Source: Callorhinchus milii
Taxonomy: Eukaryota
Assembly (NCBI RefSeq): GCF_018977255.1
Contig: NW_024704742.1
Location: forward strand, 40,240,001 to 40,304,000
DNA length: 64,000 nt
Direction of reading: 5' to 3'
The first letter of the stretch is position 1. Each line of letters starts with the position of its first letter. Made by a program: the position numbers and the translations under genes. Under the pieces are notes generated by a model. It was given only the letters and a program-made list of their open reading frames with translations. It did not search any database and was not told where the DNA came from. Shown here in pieces: positions 1 to 12,622 of the stretch.

Positions 1-2485
1 GTGCCTTCAGCAGTGAAGGAGTTAACGCTAGCCCTGGCAGCACAGTGTGGAAATTATTCATTTCCTCAATAAAGCTTTGAAAAGCATCGTCACGATTTTG
101 TCTTTAAATGACAACTGGGCTCAGTGGTGCAGGGACGTAATGGAATGAATAGCCTGCACCAGGGAGATTATCCAAATGTGGTGTCTCCCTCCTTCCTTCA
201 ATTCTCAATATCTGCACCAAAAGGCTTTATAATGATGAACCTTTATTTTATTCCTAGGTTATCTCGCAGGTTGTTACAGTCCCATAAGAAATGACAAAAT
301 CCTTATCATATGTGCATTTAAATGTTTAATGAACCTTTAACAGCTGGTGCAGTTGGACCCGATTGATAGTGAATGGGTCCACTGGGTCGCAGCAGTTGCT
401 GGTTTTAATATCTGTGCAAAGACCTTTGAAGTACCGATGAAGCGCAAAGGACTTTATTAAAATAGATCTGGTGCAGCCCGCCATTTATCCAAGAATCACC
501 TTCAGAATGGCATCAGGCAACAAATGTTCTGTTGTTCTGTGCATGAAAAGCAGAGCGGTGTGATGATATTGTTTGCCAGCTGGTTGAAGTAATAGATGGA
601 GACTTTCGATACACTGTTTTTTCATTTTGTACAGCGCTGACAGTTTATTTGAAAGGTAGTTCATCGAGCTATGTTTTTCTGCGTTGTGCACGTTGCAGAT
701 AAATACGAACACATTCCTTATAAGTATTCTGCGCAGAACCAGTGAAATCCTCAGAATTATTTCCAAGTGTTGAATTTGGTATTTTTCTTGCTGAATTTTA
801 TTCTCTTATATTTTCTCCTTTTACCGGAAGGTGCTGACTGATACCGGAGTATGTTTTTATAGGCACTGGCTGAAATATCTCACCTAGACATTTCGTATGT
901 GTGCCTAGCCAGGCAATTGCCACCATGGAAGGCATCTCCCACAAAATACACAGTTACTACACTTGACAGTATATTCTGTCATGTGCTTTGAGACACCTCA
1001 ATGATGGGCAGTGAGTTTACCAACTTAGCCATTGCTAAAAACAAAAGCATTGTTTTCACATCATTCTCTATGAGATGCATCTGACAAGTTGCCAATCTCA
1101 CAAATGTCTGCTTGATAAAATTCTATGCACAAATACTCACACAGCCCTCCCCTGCTGTGTATCAGCAAAGGGGTAATGCAAGCATTTCAAATGCAAATTC
1201 AATAAGTACATACAACAAAAGACAAACAGAAAATGAAATCAGAATACAGGCAGCAAAATGCTCTCCTCCCAAAGATCCAAAGATGCAGTCTTTCCTGGTT
1301 AAAAAGATAAAGAGGAAAATCACAAAGGTTGTCATCTATACACAACCTGGGAAACCTCAGTTTATGGGTCTGATTTCGCTGATAGATCAGTACCTATTGT
1401 ATATTTGCCTTTATATGACACTATTGCGAGATTAATGTATATATTCTACAAAGATGTTTCGTAGGGGTTCTATTTTGGCAGGAGTCCATTACAATAGATG
1501 TGCTTTAAGTGAAGGATGATGGCGTATTAGATTCTCTCCTAACTGTTATTTGCTGCAAAGGGAAAAATGGCTGCAATTGATACCCAGTTCATTTTGCTGA
1601 TTGAAAGACATGGGGAAGGGACTCATGAACCATGCAGCCAAACAGCTCTACAGCTCGGGAAATGAGGCTCATAGCTTCGCTGTACATTTATTTGATTTAT
1701 TACAATTGTGAAATCCGTTTATTATTGTACCACTTTATCTCACAATCCATTTATTGGAAATCTCAAATCACTCCTTCGTCATCTCTGCAATATTTCCTAC
1801 TCTTGGATGGAAAGAAGGGACCTGCATTATGTTATAATATTTTCCAGGTTAGAAGAATGAAATTAAACTTATCCAGTGTTCTCACCTATTCTTAGCCTGA
1901 GAGGCAATAGGTCAATCCCTTCTTCTTCTGTTCACAAATGATGTCTCATAAGATTTCTGAAAATTATCCTTTTTAAATTTTTCTTTTATACCACTTCATT
2001 CCAAATCAGTCTTGTATTATTTTATTTGATTCCTTTTTAGGTTTTGCTCAGCACCGGATACAAAGATTACTACCCTGAACCATCTTTCCCCCGATCTCCC
2101 ATTCCCGAACTCCAAAAGTTTCACTTGGCAATGAGGCAGCGACCACATAAATGAATCTTCCTGATGGTGTCATATCGGGGGTAATCAGGTGAATCAATGG
2201 AATTACTGATTTGTACCGATTCCATTGGTTTTGAGTCATTCCAGATAAAGACAAATAGAAGCAGCACTATCTCACCATCATCTCCTCATTGATTGCTAAA
2301 TGTCCTCTGGTGTTGGCTGACGCAGTGTTTCTTGAGAGGCTGGGCTCAAGCTGTGTGTTTACATAGCAGTTGGGAATGTTTCTCCTATGCTCCTGTACTT
2401 CCCCTTCTTTAATTTGGTCACTAAAGTATATTAATAGGTTTTCTGGTGGCATAAAAATTCACAACCTGCAATTAGACAAATATTT

Positions 2486-2845
2486 ATAATAATCCTTGCA
2501 TTTGATATAGCGCCTTATCACGTTTTGTAGATGTCTCAAAGCGCTTCACAGAATATACTGTAAAGTAAATATTTTGTGAGCGAAACATGGCAGCCATTGT
2601 GCATATCAGTGTCCCACAAACAGATGTAGATTAAGTAACTAAATTATTTATTTTTAAAATTTGAATTATTACCTCCAGAAAAGGGATCCGCCAATCGACT
2701 AACAACCGGGTTCCTACTTACTGCTAGATAAACAGAGGCGTGTGGAGTAAGGAAACATGCCCAACATTTTGCCCCGCCTGGGAAGCGAACCCAGGTCTCT
2801 CGCTTGTAAGGCGAGTACTCCAACCACTAAGCTATAGGACTCCAC
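2486..2845 (-). mobile_element. tRNA-derived SINE, full length, long subfamily (A)
   Basis: Minus strand starts GTGGAGTCC with Pol III A box (TAGCTTAGTGG) and B box (GGTTCGCTTCC); has the central GCAGTAAGTAGGAACCCGG block and an L2-like tail ending ATCAAATGCAAGGATTATT; about 10 near-complete copies in the window. Confidence 0.9.
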
Positions 2846-3974
2846 GGGATTATTTGAAAGGAAAGTATAAAATGATGTGGGGAAAAGGGACTAAACAAAT
2901 AGTGGGATAAACAAAAGCTCAATGGCTTTTTTCTGTGCTGTAAAATATTATGATTTTAATTCCTTACCAAAGGCATCTAGTGCAGACATGTAATTGAGTT
3001 AAGGACTCAATTCTGCTGTATCCTGAGCTAAGGCCAGGAAAATCAGCCAGTATCCATTGCTATCCCTATTCCCTGTTGGAAGGTGAGCACAGATGGACAT
3101 TGAGTGAGGAAAGGATTAATCGTGCAGTGGGAACTGTAATCTAGTTATTGGGAAAATGAGTCAGTTGTTGCAATATTGGGAGAGCAGAATGAAATAAAGA
3201 TTGGTGAGAATTTTTTAATAACGCATGTGAAACTTGCACGGGAAAATAGCTGACAATAGCGGACAATATAACTATTTCCATTACAGCATCCTGCAGACGA
3301 GCTTTGACAATTAGCAGGGTTGCACTATATATGAAAAACTTGGATTTATTATATATAATTGGATCAATCAGATATGATTATTGGGGATATAACTCCACCT
3401 AGTCTTGCCCTGTAAGCCTGTTTTAAGATTTCATGCAGAAATATGGAAAATCCTTAAATTCAGTCTGCTTGGAAGCTGGTTTTTAATAAGAATCGCCAAA
3501 AAAAATAAGAATGCAGAATCATAAAATTTTCAGTTAAAAAGTTCTTACACCTCCAGCCCTTGATGATTTTATATCACAGGCTGTTATTGACCTTCAGAGA
3601 CAGTTCTGTGAATATTAACACAATAATGATGGTGCTTTCACAGATGATTACCACCACCTCCTGAAATGATTTTTGATTCTCGCCTCTGAAGGCAACACTA
3701 CCTGGGACAATTTCATCTTTAAATTAATTTGGACTGGTCATTGAGCATTTGCCTGGGAGCTCAGGTACACTGAACAGACCAGAGGCCAGTGCTATATGTT
3801 TTTGCAAAAGCAGAGAAATGCTTCAATGTTTCTTTGTCATTAACTCGTTGAATGCTGCAGTAGCAGATCTGCACCGACATAAAACGATTGGAAAACAGGA
3901 ATGCGAATTGGGTCGAACCCGTCAATCCATCCTTTCCACTCAATCTACATCAATTCTGTTAAATCCCATTCCAA

Positions 3975-4145
3975 AATGGTCACTCAATCCATGATTATTT
4001 GTGGGACACTGCTGTGTGCAATTGGCTGCTGCGTTTCGCCCACAAATATACAGTCAATTCACTTTACAGCATATTCTGTGAAGCGCTTTCAGACGTCTAG
4101 AAGACATGAAAAGCACTATATCAAATGCAAGAATTATTATTAGTA
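3975..4145 (+). mobile_element. 5'-truncated SINE (3' half only)
   Basis: TGGTCACTCAATCCATG...GAAGCGCTTT...ATCAAATGCAAGAATTATTATT. Similar tail-only copies at about 4970-5105, 8452-8580, 18745-18865, 26797-26900, 27045-27176, 32090-32190, 33275-33370, 37720-37830, 39995-40130, 42705-42810, 43860-43975, 51300-51400, 52905-53105, 53900-54045 and 56085-56220. Confidence 0.85.
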
Positions 4146-7100
4146 GTAGTAGCAGTAAAATTCCTAGCTTGGTCCAATTCAGGAGCCATTGGAAACATCC
4201 CAGGAATAGGCTGATCACCTGACCCTTAGCTGTATGTGTTAGGTTACGGCAACAAAGTACTGAAATTTTTTAAAAAATACAAAAAGAAGAGCAAAAGATA
4301 GTCGAATTCAAATTCTGCCAAAAGATGAAGTATAAAATAGACATGCACACCTTGAAAGCTGTGAAGGTTATTTAGCTCATAAAAGCTCCTTTTGATAGAT
4401 ACAGTTGTTGAAACTTGCCGGTAAGATTGATTTATCTATGGAAATCCACTATGGTTTAGCAACGCTGACAGGAAAGCTGTACTTGTCTCTCCCAAAGTGG
4501 TTTTACACAGATCCTTGCTGCACTATAAAAGAGAGCAAATCTTCCTGCCGGGTTCTGACAGGCTCACAGCGACTCTGCCATTGTGGCTGTTTTATCTGTC
4601 AGTTACTTAGGGCTTGAAATTCTGTGCACTAACATAGCAAACATAAATTTAGATAGGTTATGTAATTTGAGGAGCGCATTAAGGTGGGGTTTGTAAATTT
4701 ACATCCTGAGTTCCTGTGGGCTGTTTGTACATTTATTTTTCAGAACGGTTGTGCCTTCCACCACATGAAAAGTGCCTTAAATTTTAAGAGCAACAGAGGC
4801 ACCATATACATAAAGTTCTTTTCAATAGGGTAAACCATGGTTCTGTTGGCCCCAGGAACCACAGAAATTAATGAAAAGATATGTAAATGTGTGTAAAAAT
4901 ACAAAGGCAAAATAGAGAAAGAAGTATGAGTTTTAGGTTTAAAAAATGTATTTTCCAGTTTGCAAAATTCAATAATAATAATCCTTACATTTCATATAGT
5001 GAGTTTCACATCAGGGGAACGTATCAAAATGTTTCAGAGTATATACTGTAGAATGGGGTGACTGTATTCTATGTGGGCAAACATGGCAGCCGATTTGCAC
5101 CAGCAAGGCCTGCTTCTAAGTGGGCTGGGTCACTACCCTGTGTGAGGGACGTTATTATAAATGCAAGCTGTTGTTGATGTCACCTACAATCTCCCTCCTA
5201 TTGGTGGGCAAGCTTACAGCCACTCTGCCCCCACTCTCAGGAATTCCATCTCACAACTACAACTTGCATTTATATTGTGCCCTTCCTGCAGGCTGGGAGC
5301 TTGAATTAGATGAGGAGTGGTAGAGCGGGGAGGATAGAAGGTAGAAAGTATGGAAGAAGAGTTAGGAGGGGTTAGCTTTGAAGGCGGGAGGGAGAAGCAC
5401 GGTGGGGGGACTCCGGGATGGAGTACCGCAGAATGGGGGTAGAATGGTTGAAGTTTCGCCCAGCGTTGGTGAGGCAGAGCAGGAGAGAGAGACGTGAAGC
5501 AGGCCAGTGTTTACTGAGCGTAGGGACTCAGCCTCAGGCCCCTTGGCCTGTCTCGGCACATCCTCCTGGTTTCACAAATGCAATCCTTTTGTGCAGCAGA
5601 TTGTATTTGTTAATCAAGCCCCAGAGTTTTGATCTGACATCAGCCTCCTTTTGTCTATGCTGTTGCTGTAAATTTTGGAGAGACTAACCATCACAAAACG
5701 TAATATTCCTGAGTTAAGGCTTTGATGCAAAAAAAATTCCAACACCACCATCCAGACATAAGCTATGTTCATGTAATGAAATTTCAATTGGTATCTGTTA
5801 ATACGTAGAGAAACACAGTTACATAGGCACTGAGAAAGAAATTACTCGTTCGCAAAATATTAACATGTCCTTTGGCACCCAGCTCCTCTGCAGAAAATAA
5901 TAATAGAGCATAGAAAGAACTTCATTCATGTCATCATTCTTTCTGTGTGTCCTTACATTGCACCATCTCCTTTTTGCTGTGCTATTCACTGGGCAAAGGA
6001 CTGTCTGAATAAAGAACTCTCAGTAACATAAAACAATGAAATGATTGCAAGGCAGCAATTTAACAAGGGCTGAAACAACGTCATGTGGGTGCATTTGTGG
6101 ATAAATTTACTGACTTTTGGCCTTGATCATACATTATTTTCCAGTTGTTGGAATATTTATCAACCTTTCCTGGATTTCTCATTGCAAGTTCAAACCACCA
6201 AAGAAGGCTTTATATTTACCAACAAATGCAAGATAAACAAACCTTATGATGTTATAAACCACATAAGAAGATTGATTTTTAAATTCACTCCAGATGGATT
6301 CTGTGTTCTGTTTCTGGAAGGGTTTTATCCCATTTCTGCTTTATTTCCATTCCCACTGCAAGACAGTGTAAATGCTGGCAGTCAGTACAAATCATGTCAT
6401 TGGTAAATACCTTCATAATAATAATCCTTGCATTACCTTCAGGCTGACAGATTAACAATTATGACATAATTGCTGGACATTTATTGAAAAACAATTTGCT
6501 GTCAATTGTTCAACAGGATGTATTCTGAGGTAATTATTAACAGTGCAAATTACTAACTTAATGCTAAAAAAACAAATAAGTGAACACTTAAAGTTTAGCT
6601 TAAAGGTAAAAGCATTGAACCCAGACTTTTCAGTGTGATAAGCTTTGTGGTACAATGTGATTCTATGGATTTGTGTGTCATCTGCCATTGTTTTGTGCCT
6701 CTTCAATCATTCTCTTTTTGGCTATGTCCAATACTTACTGACAGCGGATGGCTCACCTGCCATTACCTGCCACAGCATTAGAAAAACATGAATTAAAAGC
6801 TTGTGCATCTCCTGTCTTGATGATGTTAACTTCCGTAGTGATGCCCGTATATTGTTTGTTCTTCTTTGAAAAACAGTTGCACAGAACATGCTGTTATAAT
6901 TCTATACAATATTATGCCTCAATATATTTTGCATTGAGCATCAGTCTGAGAAATACTATATATGTCCACAAAGTGGTGCATTCCACCTTATTCATTACTC
7001 TTAGGTGTGTTATCTAATGAACCATGGAAAGAAATGGCTGCTAGTTTCTACTTGGCTGCTGAGTTCAAAACTGGTAAGAATGTAGAAACAGGAGCAGCTC

Positions 7101-7319
7101 TAAACATTTACAGACTTTAAGGTCTGATTTGTAGCATAAGTCATTAATATCAACTTTGTGTCACAATTAGGAAATCCTACTGGGGTTCAAGTGCATTTCA
7201 GTAATCCAGGGGAACGCCAGGAGCCATTTTGGATTATCGTTTAAGGCAGTTTTCCAGTGGGACACCAATGACACATGTCCAGTTGATCACACAATCCCTA
7301 CTTACCACTCGGAGGATTT

Positions 7320-7946
7320 CGAAGGGCAGACCAATCCCTGGGGGAGGCAATCCTCCCACTCAGCTCCTGTTAACCCTGCATTGGCGGGAGAGCCTTCAGG
7401 CACTCTGTCCCCAACCTCTGGAATTCCATCCCTCAATCACTCCACCTCACCCCCTCCTTAGCCTCCTTCAAGTCCCACCTCAAGACCTTTCTCTTTGACC
7501 ATGCCATCGGCCATCCCCCTCCCCTCCTTTCTCCCCCCCTGACCCCAGCTTTTGTCTGAAAATCTGTACACTGACCTAACGCCTTGGGATGTCCTCCCGA
7601 CGTGAAAGGCACCAAACAAATGTAATCCTGTTGTTGTTGTTGTTGTTGCAAGCCAAACCCCTAATGGGTAGGATGGTCCCAGCTTGACAAGCAGCAGGAA
7701 AGCTTGCCAGGCAGTGATATCAACGTCAAGTAATGCGGTTTTAGCTGGTTAGACTCCAGCTGTACCCCAGTCTCTGTGATCCTTAAGACGTGGCTCTTGC
7801 CAACCTTTACCTAACGCTTTCTGGAATTAGGTAAGCAGGTAGCATCCCTCCAGGAAGAGACTATGCATTCCATTCCAATATATATCTCTGGAATTTGCAC
7901 TCTGGGTTTCCGCACATGTCTGCCACTTGGCTGACCAAAAAAAAAA
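7320..7946 (+). repeat. Unclassified interspersed repeat (family X), interrupted by an L2 3' end
   Basis: Colinear with 44543-44943 (CCCACT.AGCTCCTGTTAACCCTGCA|AGCCAAA...TTTTAGCTGGTT.GACTCCAGC...GGTAAGCAGG...CACTTGGCTGACCAAAAAA); the 5' boundary may extend to about 7170; strand label is arbitrary. Confidence 0.8.
7381..7648 (+). mobile_element. L2 LINE 3' end fragment
   Basis: Encodes a (I)GGRAFRHSVPNLWNSIP-type ORF2 C-terminus; 3' UTR GGGATGTCCTCCCGACGTGAAAGGC; (TTG)n tail. Confidence 0.9.
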
Positions 7947-8924
7947 TCAAACTCGGAATCAATATTAACAACTGCTGTTACAAATTGTCAAAAAATTGCA
8001 TTAGTTTTATGAATTGGTCAGCCACCCACTGTTTAGGTTTAGTCCTAGTAAGCAAATAGGAAATATGATGGGTTAAACAGGTTTTGGACTGGATCTTTGA
8101 TTCACTGCCAACCAATCCTTGCTAATTATAATCAGAATAGCCAATTGCTCACCTTGTATCCACTGGCAATTGTCAACTAGCTGCCGAAAGTGTGGCCTTT
8201 CGTCACTTAAACTGAAATGTCATCATTTCTTTGGGGAGAAGACAAATCATTAATGTATCAATTTGATAATTTATGACAATGAATATGCAATTTTACCCGA
8301 TGTGCAATTGCAAACCAAAAGTCCAAACCCAAGGGCCTATACGAAAATAAGCATCAGCATTGAGTTTGCTAAGCTTGGAATAATTCCAAAAAAGTCAAAG
8401 GTAAGTGAGGTGAACATTCACATGATCCTGTATCCAGTGGTCTCATTACATTAATAATCCTTGCATATAGTAGTAGTGCCTTATCACATCATCGAGACGT
8501 CTCAAAGTCCCTGGATTTTACTATGAAGTGTAGAGATTGTGTATTTGCAGGCAAATGCGCACAGTCATGTTCCACAAATGATCAATTTTATTTCATGACC
8601 TTGTGGAATAATACAATAACTTTCCAAAATGACTAACGTTAGTGAAACCTGGCACCCTTCTTAATGGCCGCTTTGATTGGTTTGTTTTCTCTTCCTATTC
8701 ATTGGTGGTGTGCGTGGATGCCAGGGAATGATTACTGTTCAGCATGGGATTTTTTTTCCCTAGCACCTGAGAGAAGGGAAGACAAGTGGTAGAGGTTTAA
8801 CATTCAGCACGTAATGAAGTGGCCTTAAATGGAATGGAAAAAACTCTGCAAGATTTGTATCCCATGGCTGAACAATGCAGCCCACAATATGACATCAGCT
8901 TGCCGAGATCACTGATGCGGCAAC

Positions 8925-9335
8925 AAGAACAACTTGCTCTGATTTACTGTCTTGCACATAGGATAACATCTTGAAGCACTTCACAGAGAGGTTGGGGATC
9001 ACTGAGCAGGGTGGGAAAGGAGAGTTTGAGGGTGTTGACAAAGGGTATGCTCGGAAGGATATGCTTTAGGAGCATTTTGAAACCAAGGAGAATGGGTGCA
9101 AGGAAGGGGAAGGGATTTGAGGAATGAATTCAAGAGATCAGGGTGCAAGTGGTTGAAACTCAGTAATTGATGGTGGAATGAAAAGTAGATCAGAGTTGGA
9201 AGAGATTGCAGTAAGGACATGGATCCCTCGGAGCCTGGAAAAAAGTGTGTGTGAGTGGAGCCTAGTGTAGGAGAGGTTAGAGGCTATGGATATAAACTGA
9301 AGTTTATAAAGGATGTAGCTTGGGAGGTTAGAAAG
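8925..9335 (-). mobile_element. Degenerate L2 3' fragment
   Basis: AACAACTTGC tail followed by purine-rich sequence resembling the antisense of the younger L2 copies. Confidence 0.6.
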
Positions 9336-9599
9336 GGGAGTATTGGAAAAAATCTAAATCCTGAACCAAAGAGGCAATCCTCCCAATCATTATATTTGGG
9401 TACATTTAATACACCTTTTAACCAATTGATTCCCCTACTAAGAAACTGCAAGTGTGAAACAGACCTTCAGATTAATGGGTTCACCTCAAAGTTGTTTATC
9501 GATCTTACTGGCACATACCACTGCCCGAATGTATTGACAAAAGCCGTCACTGTACTTAGTAAATATTTGAGATGTTTTAAAAATATAAATAATAAATGG

Positions 9600-10014
9600 T
9601 GCTTGTATTTGCATTTCACATCAGTGAGGTATCTCAAAGCGCTTCACAACATTTTACTGTGACTTGTAGTGACTGTGTAAGCACATGCAGCAGCCAATTT
9701 GCACACAGCAATATCCCACAAACAGCCACAAAGTAAATTTCCAATTTTATTTGGGGGATAGTTGGCCAGGACACTGGGGCAAACTCCCTTCTCTTTTTAA
9801 ATAGTGCTATGGAATTGTTAACATCCACCCGAACAGGTAGACTGGGACTCAGCTTAACATCTCAACCAAAAGACGGCACCTTCAGCAATGCACACCCACA
9901 GCATTGTATTGGAGTGTCAGCCTAAACTGTGAGTTCAAAGTCCCCACAGGGGGCTTGAAGTGACAACCTTCTGACTCAAAGAGAATAGTGTTACCAACTG
10001 AGCCAAGCTGACAC
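9600..10014 (-). mobile_element. Deu-domain SINE (SacSINE1/AmnSINE1-like), near full length
   Basis: Minus strand GTGTCAGCTTGGCTCAGTTGGTAACAC...GAGTCAGAAGGTTG head; GGTGCCGTCTTT...GAGATGTTAA...GTGTCCTGGCCAA Deu core; GCTGTTTGTGGGATATTGCTGTG 3' part. Confidence 0.85.
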
Positions 10015-10984
10015 CTGGTAAGGCACTATAAATATGCACGTTCTTTCTTTACATTAATATTCCATTAATGTACTTGCGGCACGCAAATGCCACCAACACG
10101 GATGCACATTCCAACTAACCGGGTGGCAACCATAACTCTGCTTCTCATAAATTATTTCTACCAACCTAAGCAGCGTATAAGCTGTTATAGCAATTTCTAC
10201 CGCTATCTTGTACCTTAAATCTAGTATGTCATGCATCCTTTAGTTCAGCTGAAGCATGATAAAAGTGTAAGTGGCTTGCCAAGAACTGTTATGCTATAAA
10301 CAGGATTACACTTGTATCAAGGATTCCATACACTCTGTGTATAAAATGAACAACTTGTCATTTTTTTCTTACCGCAAACGTTTCATTGTTAAGAATATTT
10401 CCCTGGTCTCACTTGAGACTCTATTACAGTCTGAAGAGCTGAAAGCTTGGCATATACACCTCTTTAGTTAAACAACTGTTTTGCTAGTTCCCAGTGAGTT
10501 TGTAAAAATAATTCTGGGACATCCATTTAGAAACAACACAAAAAAGGAGCGGCATTGACATGAGAATTATAAGATTTTTAGCAAACTGCTATCTGTAGGT
10601 GGAATTGTCCATGGTTTGCTCAACACTGGAAACCTGATTAAGGTGGAAATGGTGCAGTTGTATAAATATATGTGTTACTTGCTGGAAACACATATCACTC
10701 TCCATTACTTTCCCACAACCTGAGTCACCTTTTGGCTGGGCTTTCCTGTTCTTTACTGAGCTGAATATAAGCCCCCCACCCCTCCCCAACACACATATAC
10801 ATTTTTCAGATTCCTTTCAAGTACATCCTAGTGGATCATTCATAGATGTCATTGGCAGGAAGCTGGAAACATGCTGCTTATGTTTCCGCATCTGGGAATG
10901 AAGTGAGATGGAAAACATCCAGAAGAGAAATTAGAGAGAAATTATAAATACCTTGCAACTAAATGATGATAAAGATTCTAACCA

Positions 10985-11075
10985 CAGTGCAACCCCATTA
11001 TAACGCCTATCCATTATTGTATGATTCAGTTATAACGTAGCTGCAATTTGGTTCCCATTCACTTCATCCACATGC
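10985..11075. mobile_element. Possible terminus of a Tc1/mariner-Tigger(pogo)-like DNA transposon
   Basis: CAGTGCAACCCCATTATAACG...GTTATAACG...GGTTCCC resembles Tigger-type TIR and subterminal TATAACG repeats; the other end was not found. Confidence 0.45.
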
Positions 11076-12194
11076 AGCAAATAGGAAGTGACTCAGTAGT
11101 GACCTAAAGACCTAGAAGTTGGCCATTGTTTTAACATGGGCTGAAGGCATGAAACAAGTCAGTGCACAGCAACAAAGCAGCATGTGGGGAGTGAGCTGCT
11201 GGCTCTGCCTACATACAGTGTATGGTTATCACGTGGGTTAGAATTTTACCTCACTACAGTATGGCCCAGGATTTTACCTTATCTTTAGCTGAGTGGATGG
11301 AGAGGTGAGGGTGTTAGGTTTGCAAGATGTCACGGAGATAGAGTGAGATGATGCTGTGGAGGGATTTTGAATATTTTCTGGCTTTAAACATCATAATACA
11401 GGATGTCTGATATTGGTCATATCCTGCAAAACAGCAGAGAAGAATAGAAAACACAAAAATAAAAAAAGTTTATTAAAAGGAAATTATTACAGAATGGTAT
11501 CACTTGACTCACACACCCTTTCCATCATTTCCATATTAAGAAGTTGCCAGTAGTTTAATGGTGTCCACTAACAAATTTAAATGAAGCTGCTAATGGTACA
11601 ATATCTGATCAGATGGTAACAACTACCAATTATAATTGATTTCCACTTCAAGAATCCCTTTATTCTGCTATAGCTCTGTTGTATTAACTGCTTGCTCAAC
11701 CGAAATATATTGGCATTACTTAATCATGGCTCTTGAAAATATAGTGACAAGCTCAACACATAAATCTTATATCTCTGGAGTGATTTTTTATCCTGGATTC
11801 AATTGGATTACTTTAATTACCAGTAAGAGATATAGGCATGAAACTGAATTTCTGAAACCAAAACAGATCTGTCCTATGTGATTCACTGAATGCCTGAGGT
11901 TCACACACTCCAAGATGGCTGGCCTTTAGGATGATTTGAGCGTTTTGATTTTGTGCATTTTGAAATGCACAGCACACAAAATCAGTCTGCCTGTTTGTCT
12001 TTATATTGCTATTTTCCTGTCTCGATCGTATCTCATCTTTTCTATACTTCTGGTGGCAGGGAAATGTCACTGGAATTCAGCCAGTAACTAGTAATGTGGT
12101 TAGAAAGAAAGAGGCCCCAAATTCATTCACAATTCATTCCAAAAACCTACTTAGTGGAGTGAAAAACATATCTAGACCACTGTGGTTAGACCAC

Positions 12195-12622
12195 TGTCAG
12201 GGTGTCAATTGGCAGCACTTTTCCTCTGAGTCAGAGTTTGTGGTTCAACCCCTCATGTCAGGTCTTGAAATGCACAGTCTTGGCTGACACGCCAATACAG
12301 TGCTTGGGGGTAAACTGCATTGTTGGAGATGTCATCTTTCGGATGAGATGTTAATCCAAGGATCTGGCTGCTGATTCAGATGGTCATTAAAGATCCTAAA
12401 GCACTATTCAAAAAGAGAAGGTAATTTCTCCTGGTGTCCTGGCTAACAATCCCAAATAAAATTGGTTATTCATTTCATGGCTTTTGTGGGACATTGCTGT
12501 GAGCAAATTGAATGCTGCATTCACTTACAAAATACATAGTACAACATGTTACAGTATAACCTTTGAAATATCTGCCTGAAGTGAAAGGCACTATATCAAA
12601 TGCAAGGATCATCATTATTATT
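12195..12622 (+). mobile_element. Deu-domain SINE (SacSINE1-like), near full length
   Basis: TGTCAG...CTCTGAGTCAGAG head, CTTTCGGATGAGATGTTAA, CTCCTGGTGTCCTGGCTAA, tail ATCAAATGCAAGGATCATCATT; reverse-complement similarity to 9600-10014. Confidence 0.85.

Noticed and set aside
8263..8410. Exon ending at the consensus donor AAG|GTAAGT (8400)
   Set aside because: No convincing upstream acceptor and no recognisable peptide
10420..10460. Minimal hammerhead CTGAAGAG-CT-GAAAGCTT
   Set aside because: No workable stem II, no stem I complement, and G at the cleavage position
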